Under the pieces are notes generated by a model that saw only the letters and a program-made list of their open reading frames with translations, did not search any database and had not been told where the DNA came from. From Bugula neritina (taxonomy: Eukaryota > Animalia > Bryozoa), in contig OZ037765.1 of NCBI GenBank assembly GCA_964035545.1, forward strand, positions 558,001 to 622,000: 64,000 nt of DNA, in the 5' to 3' direction. Made by a program: the position numbers and the translations under genes. This document shows, in pieces, positions 49,001-62,290 of the stretch; position 1 is the stretch's first letter; every line of letters begins with the position of its first letter.

Positions 49001-52000
49001 GGGTCTGTAAAGGTAACAGCAGTGCTTTGTGTTCACTCGAGCCCCTCTTATGTGTGTAATAAGTCATCTGGACTTTTCTGAGGATCACTTGAGCAGTTCA
49101 TGAGCAATATGTAGAGTAGAAGTGAGCTGCAGGGACGGAGGACAGAATGCTGCTGCCGGGAGCAAAAGCAGCGGCAGCAAGTTACCAACAGCAGGTCTAA
49201 AGGCAGCATTTCCTCTAGTAATAGCCTCAGTTTTATAGCAAGCTAGTTGTAATGTCTGTAATTCTGTGTTTGTAGCCTGAGTTCATCATCCAGTGAGTTT
49301 TACATTGCGGGCACTCAGTCTCCGCCCCTCACAGTCTTCACTTCAGTCTCCCAGGACTTCAACAGTTGGTGAATGAATGGTGTTTCTACTTCTTCACTAA
49401 AAGTAAGTCTTCCTTTATCTCCTTTACTTCTACTTTCAACAACATCAGTCTATTTTCAACTTGCAAATTATATATTTTTCTTGAAACATTAATTTGGTGA
49501 AATTTATCTTTAACTTTGTTAAAAATGCTGTTTTTTAGTTTAAGAAATTGATGAAATTGTTGTTGTTTCGACAAAATTTAACTGGACTTGACTTCTGAAA
49601 CATCTCTTTTTATTCAACTCTGGAAATTTAAATTTAAAGAAGTTACTGAGTTGTAGTTACTTTGTGTTGGAGTTGTTGAATGAAAGCATTTAATCTGCTT
49701 TGTAACCTTTCACTGTTATTTACTACTTCCTTTATAAAGTTTAGAATCACAGATGAGCAAGCACAAAGACAAGAAAGGTACACCTAGCCCCAACACATTC
49801 ACTTTCAGTTACTCCTTTGTCCTCATTTGATTGACACAAACAGATTTAGTGAATTGAAATACCACCAGCCCTCTGCAGGGTTTACTTTGCTAAACTCCAA
49901 GTCACACTGTTGCCTGTAAACACTTCAAATCTCAAGTCTTGCACTTGAGATTCTTTGGTCAAGTCCTTAAGTCAGCTGTTTTAATCATTCCTCAAGTGTT
50001 ATTGTTTAAATATGCCTGAAATTTGTTAAATTACAAACCAGTTTATAGTTTTGAGTTGGCCTAATTCTAATAACCTAAAATATAATTTAATATTAGACCA
50101 AAGGCTCCACTCACTTTGACAATAATGGAAACTAACCAAAAATATTCCCACAGAGAAAAAGTTCCAGTAACCTTAGGAGGGCTGGTGGTATTAACCCTTT
50201 TCTTTCTCTTTCTCTCTGTGTGCTCATTGGTTACTATCAGTTCAGCTTTACTCTCACTTCCCCCTCTCTGTCTGTCTGTATGTCTACCTCACTTCTCACG
50301 GGCTCACTGACCTCTCTCACTGTCTCTTCTAATTAATTGATTAGTTGTGTGAAGACATCAAAGAGATTAGAGAATTGCTGGGATGAGGTTCAGAGTGATT
50401 TTATGTTTCAGCAATAAAAGCTGGTTTTTCACTAGTCATTATAATGAAATTACTATAAGATTAGAAATTCACAATTTTTACTTTTGGGAGAGCTTAATAT
50501 CTGTTTTACTTGAGAGTTACTTGAGTATGCCAGGTTGAGTGCTGGGCTGAAGGTTTCCTCTTAGCTTGTGGGGTTGAAGCATGGAGTGTAGGAGGCGCTG
50601 CCTAGCATGTAGTCAGCATGTAGTCAGCGTCACTTCCTTGTATTTAATGAAATATTTCTCTAAAATATTCCAGGAAATGTCCTTAATTTAATGAAAAACT
50701 TGATTTATCTCCTCCGCAGAGCATAAAGTTATTTATGTGTTGGTGGCTGTCCAATCACAGCGCCAGATGATAATTAAAACTGACAGTTTCTGTTTACAAA
50801 GAATTTAAATTGAGTAACTTAAATTAATTCAACTGGAAAGCCATTGAATGTCATCCTCTCAGCACGCAAAGCCACTAGTTTGGATGTAATCAATGTTACT
50901 TGTTGGCCATATCCATGTTATGTAACATTCTATGATGCCTGCTGTCACTCTGCATAATTCTAAAAGATGTAAACTTGACAGTAGCAATTAGCATTGATTT
51001 TATCCCAAGAAATTAGCTGTTTATTTGTCTGTCTTTCATGCTGTGGAATTGAAAAGTTCTTGTACTGAAAAATTTGCTTAGCTTGAGTGTACAATCTGTA
51101 ATTTGGTGTCGGGTTTGAAAAGTGACAGCTTTCTTTCATGGTCAGATAACTTTACATTCTGTGAAGTTCAGTCTGAAATTATGAAAAAACTGTTATTCTG
51201 TGAAGTTTTGTAAAAGTTAAAATATTGAAAACTCAGTTTGACTTGCTGCTCAACTCTATACTGCAAGTGTTTCGCTGAGAGTGATGCTGTTGGAGTGAAG
51301 TGACTGCATGTGTGTGTAGAGTGCAGGGTGGATGTATCAGTGAAGGAGGGGGTAGAGCTCAGGGTGGATGTACTCAGTGAAGGAGGGTGGATGTAGTCAA
51401 TCAAGGAGGGGAGGGGTAGAGTTATCAGTATGCACAGCTGGATACAGTAACATTAGTACATAATCACTACTAGCCACAGCACTGTACTCGTCTACTGACT
51501 AGAGATTATATCACTACGTCTGGGGTCGTTGCCATGGTGATGATTATTACACAAATAGTTGGCAGCCACAAGAGCACAGTTAGTACTGTTCACTGTTTAG
51601 TTAGCAACAGCAGATCTTAGGGTTGTCTCCCCACTCTTACCCACCCTTTGCCTGACGATGTGAAATTTACAAGTTACTCCTTTACCGGACAATAAAGTTA
51701 ATCCGAGTTTTATTACTCTGGTGATTAAAGTGTTAACTCAGGTCACTGTTCTGCTCTTCATACCTTATCTTCAGATGTGCTTATCAGTAATGGAGAGTGG
51801 AGGCACTTAGGAAGGTGTAATTGTCTATTGATTGATGTGTATTATCAGTTATTGATGTGTATTATCAGTTATTGATATGTATTATCAGTTGGGAAGTGTC
51901 ACAATGATCACCACTTACTACTAACTTCCTGTTTTATGCTGAAACTCTTTGGAGTTGTCCCACTGTGTTACTACTTCCTGTACAGATATCACTGTTGGTA

Positions 52001-52013
52001 TTCTCTTTTCCAG

Positions 52014-52588
52014 TGTCTGCGGAGCCCGGAAATGGCTTCAACTCGAAAGGCCTCGGACTACGAGTCCAGAAGAAGCTGGCCAGCAAGATGTCGAGTAAAA
52101 CTGTCGCTAAGGTTTTCATAGACGAGCCGACGGGACAACTCCTCGACAACGTATACTCTCTGGTGAAGGAGTACACAAGTGACAAGAAGGATGCCGAGAA
52201 AATCATAAAGTATATCATCAAAGTGACCATCAAGATAGCCATTGCTTACCGAAATGATCAGTTCAACAGCGAAGAGATTTCTCTCATCAGTGATTTTAAA
52301 AAGAAGTTTAGAACTTTGATCATGACAATCACCTCGTTTGTGGAAGTGGATTTCACGTTTGACAGTCAGTACTTGTCTAAGTTGTTTCTGGAATGTTCCA
52401 CTCTCCTGCAGCAGATTCTAGCTCGGCATACGACAGAGAAAACCAAAGGAAAAGTTGACCGAGTGTTTGCTTTACTCGGAGACCAGTCTTTCCTAGAGGC
52501 CGTGTTTAAACCTGACACTAACTATTCACCTCTGATGTCTAAAATATCCAAGCAGCTGGACGGGCTCATGGAATCTGGCACTCTGTGA
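52014..52588 (+). CDS. TNFAIP8: TNFAIP8/TIPE family protein, main coding exon (start codon on an upstream exon)
   Basis: FNSKGLGLRVQKKLASKMSSKTVAKVFIDE...KKDAEKIIKYIIKVTIKIAI.YRNDQFN.EE...FKKKF...SF.EVDFTFD; acceptor TTTTCCAG ending 52013, phase 1. Confidence 0.93.
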
Positions 52589-53992
52589 TGTCACCAGGGC
52601 AACAGTTGTGATGTCACCATGGTGATAGTTATGTTGGCTGAATATCTCCCGATCACATGACTGGCTCTGTTTAGAAGTCCCTCTACCATGTCTAAGACTC
52701 TAAGTACTAACATAAGTAATGCTCAATAACATGTCACTAGACTTAGCTGACTGTGCCAGGAGAGAGTTACCATGACGTCTACAGTGCCTCACAATGATGT
52801 CTCTTGTCTAGTATATTTTATTCTCATCATTATTTACTATAATATAATTTATTATATTGCATTATTTTAGTAATAAAAATAGAGGGAATAACTCCCAAAT
52901 CATGGCATTTCCACCAGTCTCGTACTAAGTAACTATCCAATACTCAATGCTTTATTGTAAAAAGGTGCTTATAGTATTTTATTAGGTTATATTCACATTA
53001 ATGGAAGAGTGTAGTTTACATTGTTGGTTTATTGTGAACAATTTTTTTATCAATGTATACTGAATGTTTGTATTTATCATGTCCCAAGACTGTACTATAT
53101 ATTCTTATAATATATTTAATAAATTGTACACCACAGCAAATGCGGTATCTGTAATATAACCCACAATGTTTCTGTTAGGAATTCCTGTTTATAATATTAT
53201 ATTGAATACAGAAAGTTGGCTTACTAAATCCACCAGCTAGAAGAATGAGTTACCCATAATGCATCACAGAAACCTAAATAACCTGTTTATGGGCCCTTTA
53301 GTGTCCTCTTGTACCATGATACCTAGATTATAAATTTCTAAGTATGGTTTAAGTTGATAGATATTGACCCCTGTAAGTGTGCAACATGATGTGTAACATT
53401 TATTATGTTCTACATTCTCCTAAAGACATCTTTTTATAAATACAGCAAGTAATCTTATAAAGTTTGTGTCCAAAAAGACTAAGATGAGTATTATGTGGCA
53501 ATAAACTACAAGCATAAATCTATAGAATCTTCGCTGAATTTGATTCAAATATGTACAAAATATAACGTATGAAAAGTTGGATAAAATGAATAATCTTGGA
53601 CTAAGTCAAAACAATGCCTAGTGGGTTGGGACGAGTTATGTATTTGGAGTTACGACACTAATGAACGTATATACATGTAGCCTCTTTTCCCAACATTTCT
53701 TCTCAGTGACTACAGAAGCTTTGGCATACAAGCAACCCAAATATTTATATCATAAAGGGTGAACCCCAAGCTAAATTTTATTCCACATCTTATTTTTTAT
53801 TCAATTGTTCTAAAATCATCCAAATTCGTATCATCAATCCATGACTCAGAGCCTGCAGCTTCACATCTCTTCATTTCATACTTTGGTGAAGTCAAACACG
53901 CCCTCTAGAACCACCTGAAGGTCATTTGCCAGTCACAACCACGGGAAGGTCATTCTGAGGTCACAACCACTTGAAGGTCATTCTCAGGTCGC

Positions 53993-56900
53993 TCAGTGAC
54001 CCTCTTCCTGCCCAGAAAGCATTCGATGGCGGTGAGATGAGGCCCGGTGAGGTTTCAGATGATACTCAAACATGGGGGCTTGACCTTGCTGATCTGAATG
54101 CTTCACCCAATGACCGTAAATACTGAATGCTGATTCGTCAATCAACTGCCTTAGAGGTTTATAACTATAGGGCTGGGACTTGAGTTGTGATAAGTATATG
54201 GGTGGGTTGGTAGTGGACAACACCCTCAGTCTGGTTATGAATCTAATTGCATGGATCACACACTACAAAAAATAAAAAAGACAAAATTTATTCAACATGA
54301 AATTGTACAACCACCAGTAACCCATAGCAACAGTACAAATGGAAATAAAACAAATTATTTGGAAGTTGTGTTCTCCCAATAATTGATTTGTTGCATTAAC
54401 TTCCACATCGTGCTGATGCTGGGGTCAGACTTTCATTAGTTTAGCATATAACTAGACTTAAAACTAGACAAGGAACTTAGTTCAGCACTTGTATGAATTT
54501 AGGTGCCGACACCCCCCCCCCCGTACCTTAAGTTTCTGTAACACAGTCTTCTGGCTATCCACTTCTCCTATAGCAAAGAACTCGTGCTCTAAGGCTTCCT
54601 TAGCCGTGATTCTCCGTACAGGGTCCACACACAGCATCCTTGATATCTACAGAGTGACACACACAGTTAGTGATAGAGGGAGGAGTTTAGAGATACTTGT
54701 GTGACATTGAATACTGTAACTTTTTACATCTTGTCTCGGCATTTCACTTGTATTGCATACAGGAACTGATACACAATGTATATGATACTGTTATACTTGT
54801 AACTTAATATTACATAACTATAACGTCTGTGTAATATATTATGCTCAAATACGATGGATCATTATAAATATATAATATAGTGTATGACAGACAGATGTCC
54901 TGAGAAAAAAGAGGCTGGAATGGTATGGCCATGTTTGTTAACACGAAGGAGATGAGGAAATGAGGAGAGTATATGAAATGAGGATGGAGGGAAGCAGAGG
55001 GCGTGGAGCGACACAATCAAAGCTAACCTCCCCTGGCTAGATCTAGACTAGAATGGCACAAGTGACCGAGTGAGGTGGAAAAGTCCTGTTCACCTGGGGT
55101 TAGGCAAAAACCTGCCACCCGAAATGGCGAAGAAAGGCGAGAAGCTCAATATATGTCAGCTAAGAGTGTAAAAGCAGCAGCATGACTCAGCAGACATCAT
55201 TTATTCCAGTTCATAGAGAGAAAACCAATCAGCAATCATACAGTGCAGATAACTCCAACACAGAGTGCAGATCGCTCTAACACAGAGTGTATATTTGAGT
55301 TACTAAAATACCTCAATGGAGAACACATAGATGATTGGAATATGAATTGTATACAGAGGTGACAGGTAGTATGCAGGTAACACACAGGCAGTGATGTCAT
55401 AGGTCAAGGTCAGGTGACTCACCAGCTGCTTACAGGAAGTGCTGATATTCTGCCACTCGGAACTCGGGAAGGAGTATTTGCCGTTCATGATGTCCCGCAG
55501 CATGTAGACGGTTTTCCTGTGGTAGAAGGGGGCGGAGCCAGAGATGAGAGTGTAGAAGACAACTCCACACGACCACATGTCCACCGCCAGACCGTAGCTG
55601 GGCTGGTCGGCGTAGGAGTTGGCTTTGAGCATCTCCGGGGAGATGTAGCCCGGGGTACCTAGTAATTCTGCAGTGAAGGGGGGGTTAGTAGATAGCCTTA
55701 GCACAAAGTTGCTAGGAGTATGTGTGCAGTATATATATACTAATAATATAATATAATAATATAATATAGTATAACATAATATAATATAATATAATATAGT
55801 AATATACTAATATAATATAATATAGTAATATAATATAGTAATATAATAACATAATATAATATAGTAATATACTAACATAATATAATATAGTAACGTATGT
55901 ACCTTTATAGTGAATATTTTCATCATACTTCGTAGCAAATCCAAAATCTGAGACTCTGATATTCATTTCCTCGTCAAGTAAAATATTCTCACACTGCAAT
56001 TCATATACTTATTCTACTTATTACACTGTATATACTATACTATATACTTATTACACTGTATATATTATACTGTATATACTATACTGTATACTTATTATAC
56101 TGTATATACACAATACTGTATACTTATTATACTATATACTTATTATACTGTATACTTATTATACTGTATACTTATTACACTGTATACTTATTATACTGTA
56201 TACTTATTATACTGTATACTTATTACACTGTATACTTATTACTCTATATACTTATTACACTGTATACTTATTATACTGTATACTATACTATATACTTATT
56301 ATACTGCGCATGAAAGAAACAGTTTCGTTTATAAATAGATTTACACATGAATTTACAAATATAATATAATATATGATACCACACTTCATAATGTAACATA
56401 ACATAACATAATACAACATAACATAATACAACATAACATAATACAACATAACATAACATAATACAATATAACATAATACAACATAACATAATACAACATA
56501 ACATAATACAACATAACATAATACAACATAACATAATACAACATAATATACCATAATACAACATAACATAATACAATGTTGTACCTTTATATCCCGATGC
56601 ATGATGTTTTTAGAATGAAGAAATGCGAGTGACTCCAGCAGCTGTTTCATGATAGCCCGAGTTCTCTTCTCACTTAGTCTCATTCTTTTAGTGAGAAGAT
56701 CAAACAACTCCCCGTTAGGACACCTGAAACAAATCCCACGTAATACCAGGGCCTCAGTCTAACAGGAAACACAACAACTCGACACAGGATATGAACAAGT
56801 GACTCACAGCTCGAAGATGAGGAAGAGAAACGCTTCCGTCTCGAACGTCTCATGCAGCCGAACTACAAGAGAAGACAGTAGCCAATCAGCTGCGAGCATA

Positions 56901-57320
56901 GCGTAACCATGGCAACATATAAACACACAGCAACTCAACTCTACGTACTGATATAGGGATGGTCGGAGCACGACTTGAGCAGCTCCACCTCGTTGTATCC
57001 CGCCTCTCGCGCCTGGGAGGCATCAAAGTTGTCCTTCCTCGTCAAGTCAATGATCTTCACGGCATACGAGATGTGAGTGTTCTTATCAACACAGCGTCTA
57101 ACCACACTGCACAGACCTCTACAGCATACACAGGAAACTGCTACAGCACATCACCTGGAGGTCATTGTTGAGACAGCAGCAGCAGCTAGAGCTGTCAGCA
57201 TGTTCTAGAATATTCAACTCACCTGCCCAGCACCTCTTTCGGCTCATATCTGGAGTAGAATGGACTGTCTACATCCTTGCTGTCTACCAGAAGGGAGTCG
57301 TCTGACTCATGCTGACTCAT
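53993..57320 (-). CDS. PHKG: Phosphorylase kinase catalytic gamma subunit, 8 coding exons
   Basis: [37 protein letters not shown]...[44 protein letters not shown]...MLR.IM.G.Y.F...EW, C-terminal [19 protein letters not shown]; probable non-coding first exon ends near 59452. Confidence 0.92.
54890..55145 (+). mobile_element. Degraded 3' fragment of an RTE-clade LINE, antisense in a PHKG intron
   Basis: [37 protein letters not shown] then WSDTIKANL...DRVRWKS resembles the RTE ORF C-terminus (RLxWxGHVxR...GxRxRGRP..RWxDxI..DL..DR..W). Confidence 0.75.
55730..56580. repeat. AT-rich micro/minisatellites in PHKG introns: (TAATA)n 55730-55895, 16-bp TATACTTATTATACTG 56003-56305, (ACATA)n 56392-56577
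   Basis: Directly visible. Confidence 0.9.
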
Positions 57321-59039
57321 CTGTCATCTACTCGGCAGCTCTAACAGTCTGGAGGGGAATACTCCAGTCTGTAGAACTAAACCTCTCAGTCTAGGCAGAA
57401 TATAATATTCTATATACTATAATAACCAAGTAGTATTCAGCTAGTTAACATAACTAACATGTCGTACAATCTAGACTCTAGAATATAATGTTATGCACAC
57501 TCTCAACACAACACAAGGCTGCTAGGGTAAAATATTCTACTAACTAATGTGTATACATTAAACATATTCGTTGTTTTTCACCCTGGCTGTGAAAACCCGT
57601 GGACAGACCGGCCAAAGCAAATGACAAAATATATCAATTTTTAATTAATTAATTTCAACATGTTTATACGATTTGTAAAAAAATATTGATGTACTACTTT
57701 TAGAGATTAATATAAATAAAATAACATGCTAATATTAATTGTTAAGCAATAACGATGTTGACTTAGATTGCTATTAAGCAGAATCATTTACGATTAAACC
57801 AAACGGTTGGCAGGTCTGTTGCTAATCAATTCGCACGAATGAACAAGCACGTTAGAGAAAACGTGTCTAACATTGAAGCCTTGTGAATAATAATATTATA
57901 TATTGTAGAATGTAGACGCATCGTAACGTTGCAGCGAGTTGCCAGATAACGTGTGGATAACGTGCCAAACGCATCAACACCGAATATAAAATGAGCCAAA
58001 ACAAGCAAAGGGAATGATTGCAGCAACACACTGATTTTACTAAATCTCTAATAGATATGCATCAATGATGTGAATAACATTTTATGAGGGCATTTAATTT
58101 CCACAAAGTCGGCCTTATGCATATCACGTGAGCACCACAATATAAAATTATGTTATACATTTCCATAAATACTGCCAATAACTTGAGAGAAATCAAAATG
58201 TACTGAGGTCTGGTAGAGGTCACTAAAAACACGCCAATCATTGTTAATCACTAGCCAAAATTTTATCACTTTACTAGTCTAAAAGTCACATGAAAAATGC
58301 TCAACTAGTTGCAAGTTATGATATGAACATTATAAGGTGCAGTCCAGAGTCTCAAACAAGAGCCTACTTTAACGACGTCTTATGGGAAAACAATGTGAAG
58401 TTAAAACACAACCAAGACCTTGAAATTGATACTCCTGTGCGATTTTATTGCAGTACAAGTTAATTCATTAGGATAACAAAAACAGAGAATATCAAGCTAT
58501 TTTGAATTAAGTTGAAGCACATCATGACACACAAAAATAAATCATGCGTGTTGATTTCAGAGTATGATCAAAGCACTTGCCTTATCTAATCAATATTCTT
58601 TTTAAAATAAATATCTAGTGATTATTAATGAATGTGTTGAGATATTTAAAGAGCAATTTTCTCAACTATAAGCTAATCACTACTAACCAGTGACTAGTCT
58701 AATGTTAATGAACTTTTTTAATTTAAAAATTTAAAAACATCGATAACTATTTTCATTTTAATTTAATTTTTATCATAATCACTTTGCTAACTAACTATGT
58801 TAATACTATGTTATATAAAAATAAAACTAAAATTGAAAAAAACTATATATAGTAATATATACATATATACCGTACAATTATATATATTAATCCATAAACA
58901 TATTGATATAAAAATACCTTTATATTAATATAAATATATGTTAATGAATATATATAAAGTTACACAATAGCAGCTTAAAACTAATTCTAGATAGTACTAT
59001 TACCACTGGCACTAGTATTTGTTGAATAATTATAATACA

Positions 59040-59450
59040 AATTATTTTTAAACCACCAAACTGGAACTCAACCTCAACCTGGGAAAAAATTCAAACTCAA
59101 ACTTCAAGCCCTATAAATTTCATAGACTTAGAAGTTAGCGTATCATAATCATTACTACTACTAGTAGTAGTACTAGCACCCGTACGAGTATGACTATGAC
59201 ATTGACTATGAACATGGATTTGTAACTTGTAAATAATACTGAACTTGAAGGGTTCATAAAATAAAAATTTAGTAAAGGTGATATACACAAGTTACTACTC
59301 GGAAAAACAATTCTTGAATCATATGAATGACTCATGACTGTCACTGTAGCAACTGCAAGGGTTGACATTGACAATCACAATGTGAATAACTATGAATTAT
59401 ATTTATTGAATAGCAGTGGCCGTGAGTGTCTTTCAATATATCAGTGACTC
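59040..59450. repeat. Degenerate (WNTNAN)n tract immediately downstream of the inferred PHKG first-exon donor
   Basis: 59189 tatgac tatgac attgac tatgaa; 59361 gttgac attgac aatcac; minus-strand AG|GTGAGT at about 59451. Confidence 0.65.
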
Positions 59451-60017
59451 ACCTCTTAAAAATCAAAACACTCTGGTGACATCTATTGGCACAAAACCTA
59501 TGGAGTGATATATAAAAATATCTATCAGTATAACTAGGTGTAATCACATTCACGGTGACTACTTTTTACGATGATAACAAGAACAGCTGCTCGACAATTA
59601 CTTGGGATTCCTTGAAATTATTGATAGCGGAAACATACGAAACAATTTGAATGGACACGCTGTTAAAGTCAATATTATTCATTATAAAATTGTACAGATT
59701 TGAGCATTCAAAGTGATCACCCGAACGTGTGTAAAAGCTAGCAATAGAGAACTAGGCCAATTATCAGGAACTACTCCAATGAACTCAATAATTATTAACT
59801 GGAATGGGTACGATTGTACTTTGTAATGTAACCTCGTTGCCGATTGGCTTTGTGAGCCCGAGCATGCTCTTTTTCTAGCGGGAGAAAATAGAGCCGGTCG
59901 TCCATCATTTCGATTGAGTGAATCTCACTTTTAAACTTTGTTTTTTGTCCTGCTTTATATCTGAAGCGACTATATTTTTATTTAATTGTGTTTTCTATCA
60001 CCTCTACTTCGTTAAAC

Positions 60018-62290
60018 ATGTCGAATTCTCCGTATCCTAAGCAAACTAAGGGTCAAAGAAGCAAGACCACTGAGTCTCAGTGTTATGCATACAATTGCCG
60101 CAACTACCAGTACAGCCAGTGAGTACAGCAGTTACATGGAGACAAAAAAAACTCTTTTCACAAGTAAGTATATGGCTTTAGTTACAACAATCAGTGAAAG
60201 TAATACATGAACTAGCGTAACAGTAGGCTTAATAGTTGTGGTAGCGGTGCTGCTGCCTACTAGTAGTACTAGTAGTAGTGCTAGTAGTACTCTACTACTA
60301 GTACTAGTACTACTACTGTCTACTACTACTACTAGTAGTAGTAATACTAATACTAATAGCTAAGCCTAAGGCTAATGGCTAATGTTATACTTACAGTATC
60401 AGTATGATGGTACTACTACTACTACTAGCCTACTGCTACTACTACTACTAGCCTACTGCTACTACTAGTACTAGCCTACTGCTACTACTAGTACTAGCCT
60501 ACTGCTACTACTACTACTAGCCTACTGCTACTACTAGTACTAGCCTACTGCTACTACTAGTACTAGCCTACTGCTACTACTACTACTAGCCTACTGCTAC
60601 TACTAGCCTACTGCTACTACTACTACTAGCCTACTGCTACTACTAGCCTACTGCTACTACTAGCCTACTGCTACTACTACTACTAGCCTACTGCTACTAC
60701 TACTACTAGCCTACTGCTACTACTACTACTAGCCTACTGCTACTACTAGTACTAGCCTACTGCTACTACTAGTACTAGCCTACTGCTACTACTACTACTA
60801 GCCTACTGCTACTACTAGTACTAGCCTACTGCTACTACTAGTACTAGCCTACTGCTACTACTACTACTAGCCTACTGCTACTACTAGCCTACTGCTACTA
60901 CTACTACTAGCCTACTGCTACTACTAGCCTACTGCTACTACTAGCCTACTGCTACTACTACTACTAGCCTACTGCTACTACTACTACTAGCCTACTGCTA
61001 CTACTACTACTAGCCTACTGCTACTACTACTACTAGCCTACTACTACTACTAGCCTACTGCTACTACTACTACTAGCCTACTGCTACTACTACTACTAGT
61101 AGAGCGCTACTTTGGCAATGCAGTTATGATTGAGTGTTGAACTAATATCTTTATTGTGTCATCTACTCAGGTGTCTCTTGCTACCCAGTTGCTGTCAGCT
61201 TCAGTGGCTGACTCACTAGATACGCTGAAACAGTTGGGACTCTCTAAATTCCAGCAGTGTGATGCTACCATCAACTTCATTAGGGTTTGTTACAGCTTTT
61301 GGTTTTATTTCTTTAAAATACTGTAACTGCAATCGTCCCATGTTCTGCTGATATTACTTTTTCTGTAGCGAGTTGATCGGTTGTTTGACATCCTGAATAG
61401 TCGATCAGCAATAGCTAAAGGCTACAAGCAGCCTTTACATCTAAATGGTATCAGTGTCATCACTCCTTTTCTGAAAGATACACGGCAATATTTGCTAGGC
61501 CTAAAGAATAATGAAGGGATACCTCTGTACAAGACCAAAAGGTAAATCTCCTATTACCATAGAAAGTGTTACTTGCTTATATTTCAGATCTAATATGTGC
61601 CTGTCCCTATTTGTGTTATTTGCAGACATGTTTGTATTACTGGACTTGTATGTGCCATTGACACAGTATTTGGGTTGGTGGAGAAACTGTTGGTGCTCGA
61701 CTATCTGCTAATGTATAAATTTTCGCAAGACCATTTAGAGCTATGCATGAAGCCCAGTCTGCATGCACTTATGTTAACATGTTCATTTGTTCTCTTACTC
61801 TCTTATCTCTTTCCTTCAGGTGTTCGGTATTTTCACTTTGCTTTGATAGGGGCAACTAAGATGGTCGGTTGGACCAACTGTGTTGAAAAGTGAATTTTTT
61901 TGCTTGAGCTTAGCGGTTAAAATGCATGCAATATGAAGTATATTTTATTAACTTTTGAATACCAAGAGACAAAGATAATGAATTTTCAAAAATTTCCAAA
62001 ACTGTGGTGTCAAAGCAATTGTGCATTTTTTAATTAAATAACTTTTTTGGCTTAATTGCATGCAAGGTTTTGCTTGTGTTCTAAAAAACATCATTTTTTC
62101 TGGGTAAACATAATCCAATCATTAATTGTGAACAGGCAATTGATGTCCAAGCATTTTTTTAATATCTGTTCTAGGTGGATGGAATAATAACGCATCTGTA
62201 ACTGGCTTTCAGTCTATCTTTAGAAAATTGGTGACCCGATGTGGTGTACATCCAGGCAACTCAGGAAATTCTAAGCCATTAGATAGCACA
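60018..62290 (+). pseudogene. P-element/THAP9-type transposase pseudogene, spliced
   Basis: 60018-60163 THAP start CYAYNCRN..*..SFHK with in-frame TGA; 61171-61284 VSLATQLLSASVADSL...ATINFIR; 61369-61541 RVDRLFDILNSR...KGYKQPL; 61626-61743 YLLMYKFSQDHLEL; from 62175 GGWNNN...FQSIFRKL...GN. Rest of THAP and the first RNase H half are absent. Confidence 0.9.
60412..61100. repeat. Compound microsatellite CTAGCCTACTG(CTA)n inside the P element
   Basis: Directly visible. Confidence 0.93.

Noticed and set aside
48664-49574. Three short minus-strand ORFs, one coiled-coil-like, possibly a decayed gene or LINE ORF1
   Set aside because: No recognisable motif or consistent splice structure; cannot be supported without a database search
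57560-58140. CpG-richer segment in the inferred PHKG first intron, possible transposon or alternative promoter
   Set aside because: No termini, TSD or coding motif found
60120-60122. In-frame TGA in the THAP exon as possible selenocysteine or readthrough
   Set aside because: Not at a conserved Cys position, and the gene is otherwise deleted and phase-broken; a simple nonsense mutation suffices
60018-62290. Domesticated THAP9 host gene
   Set aside because: Has a TSD, matching termini, a second copy, a premature stop and missing domains, so it is a defective transposon
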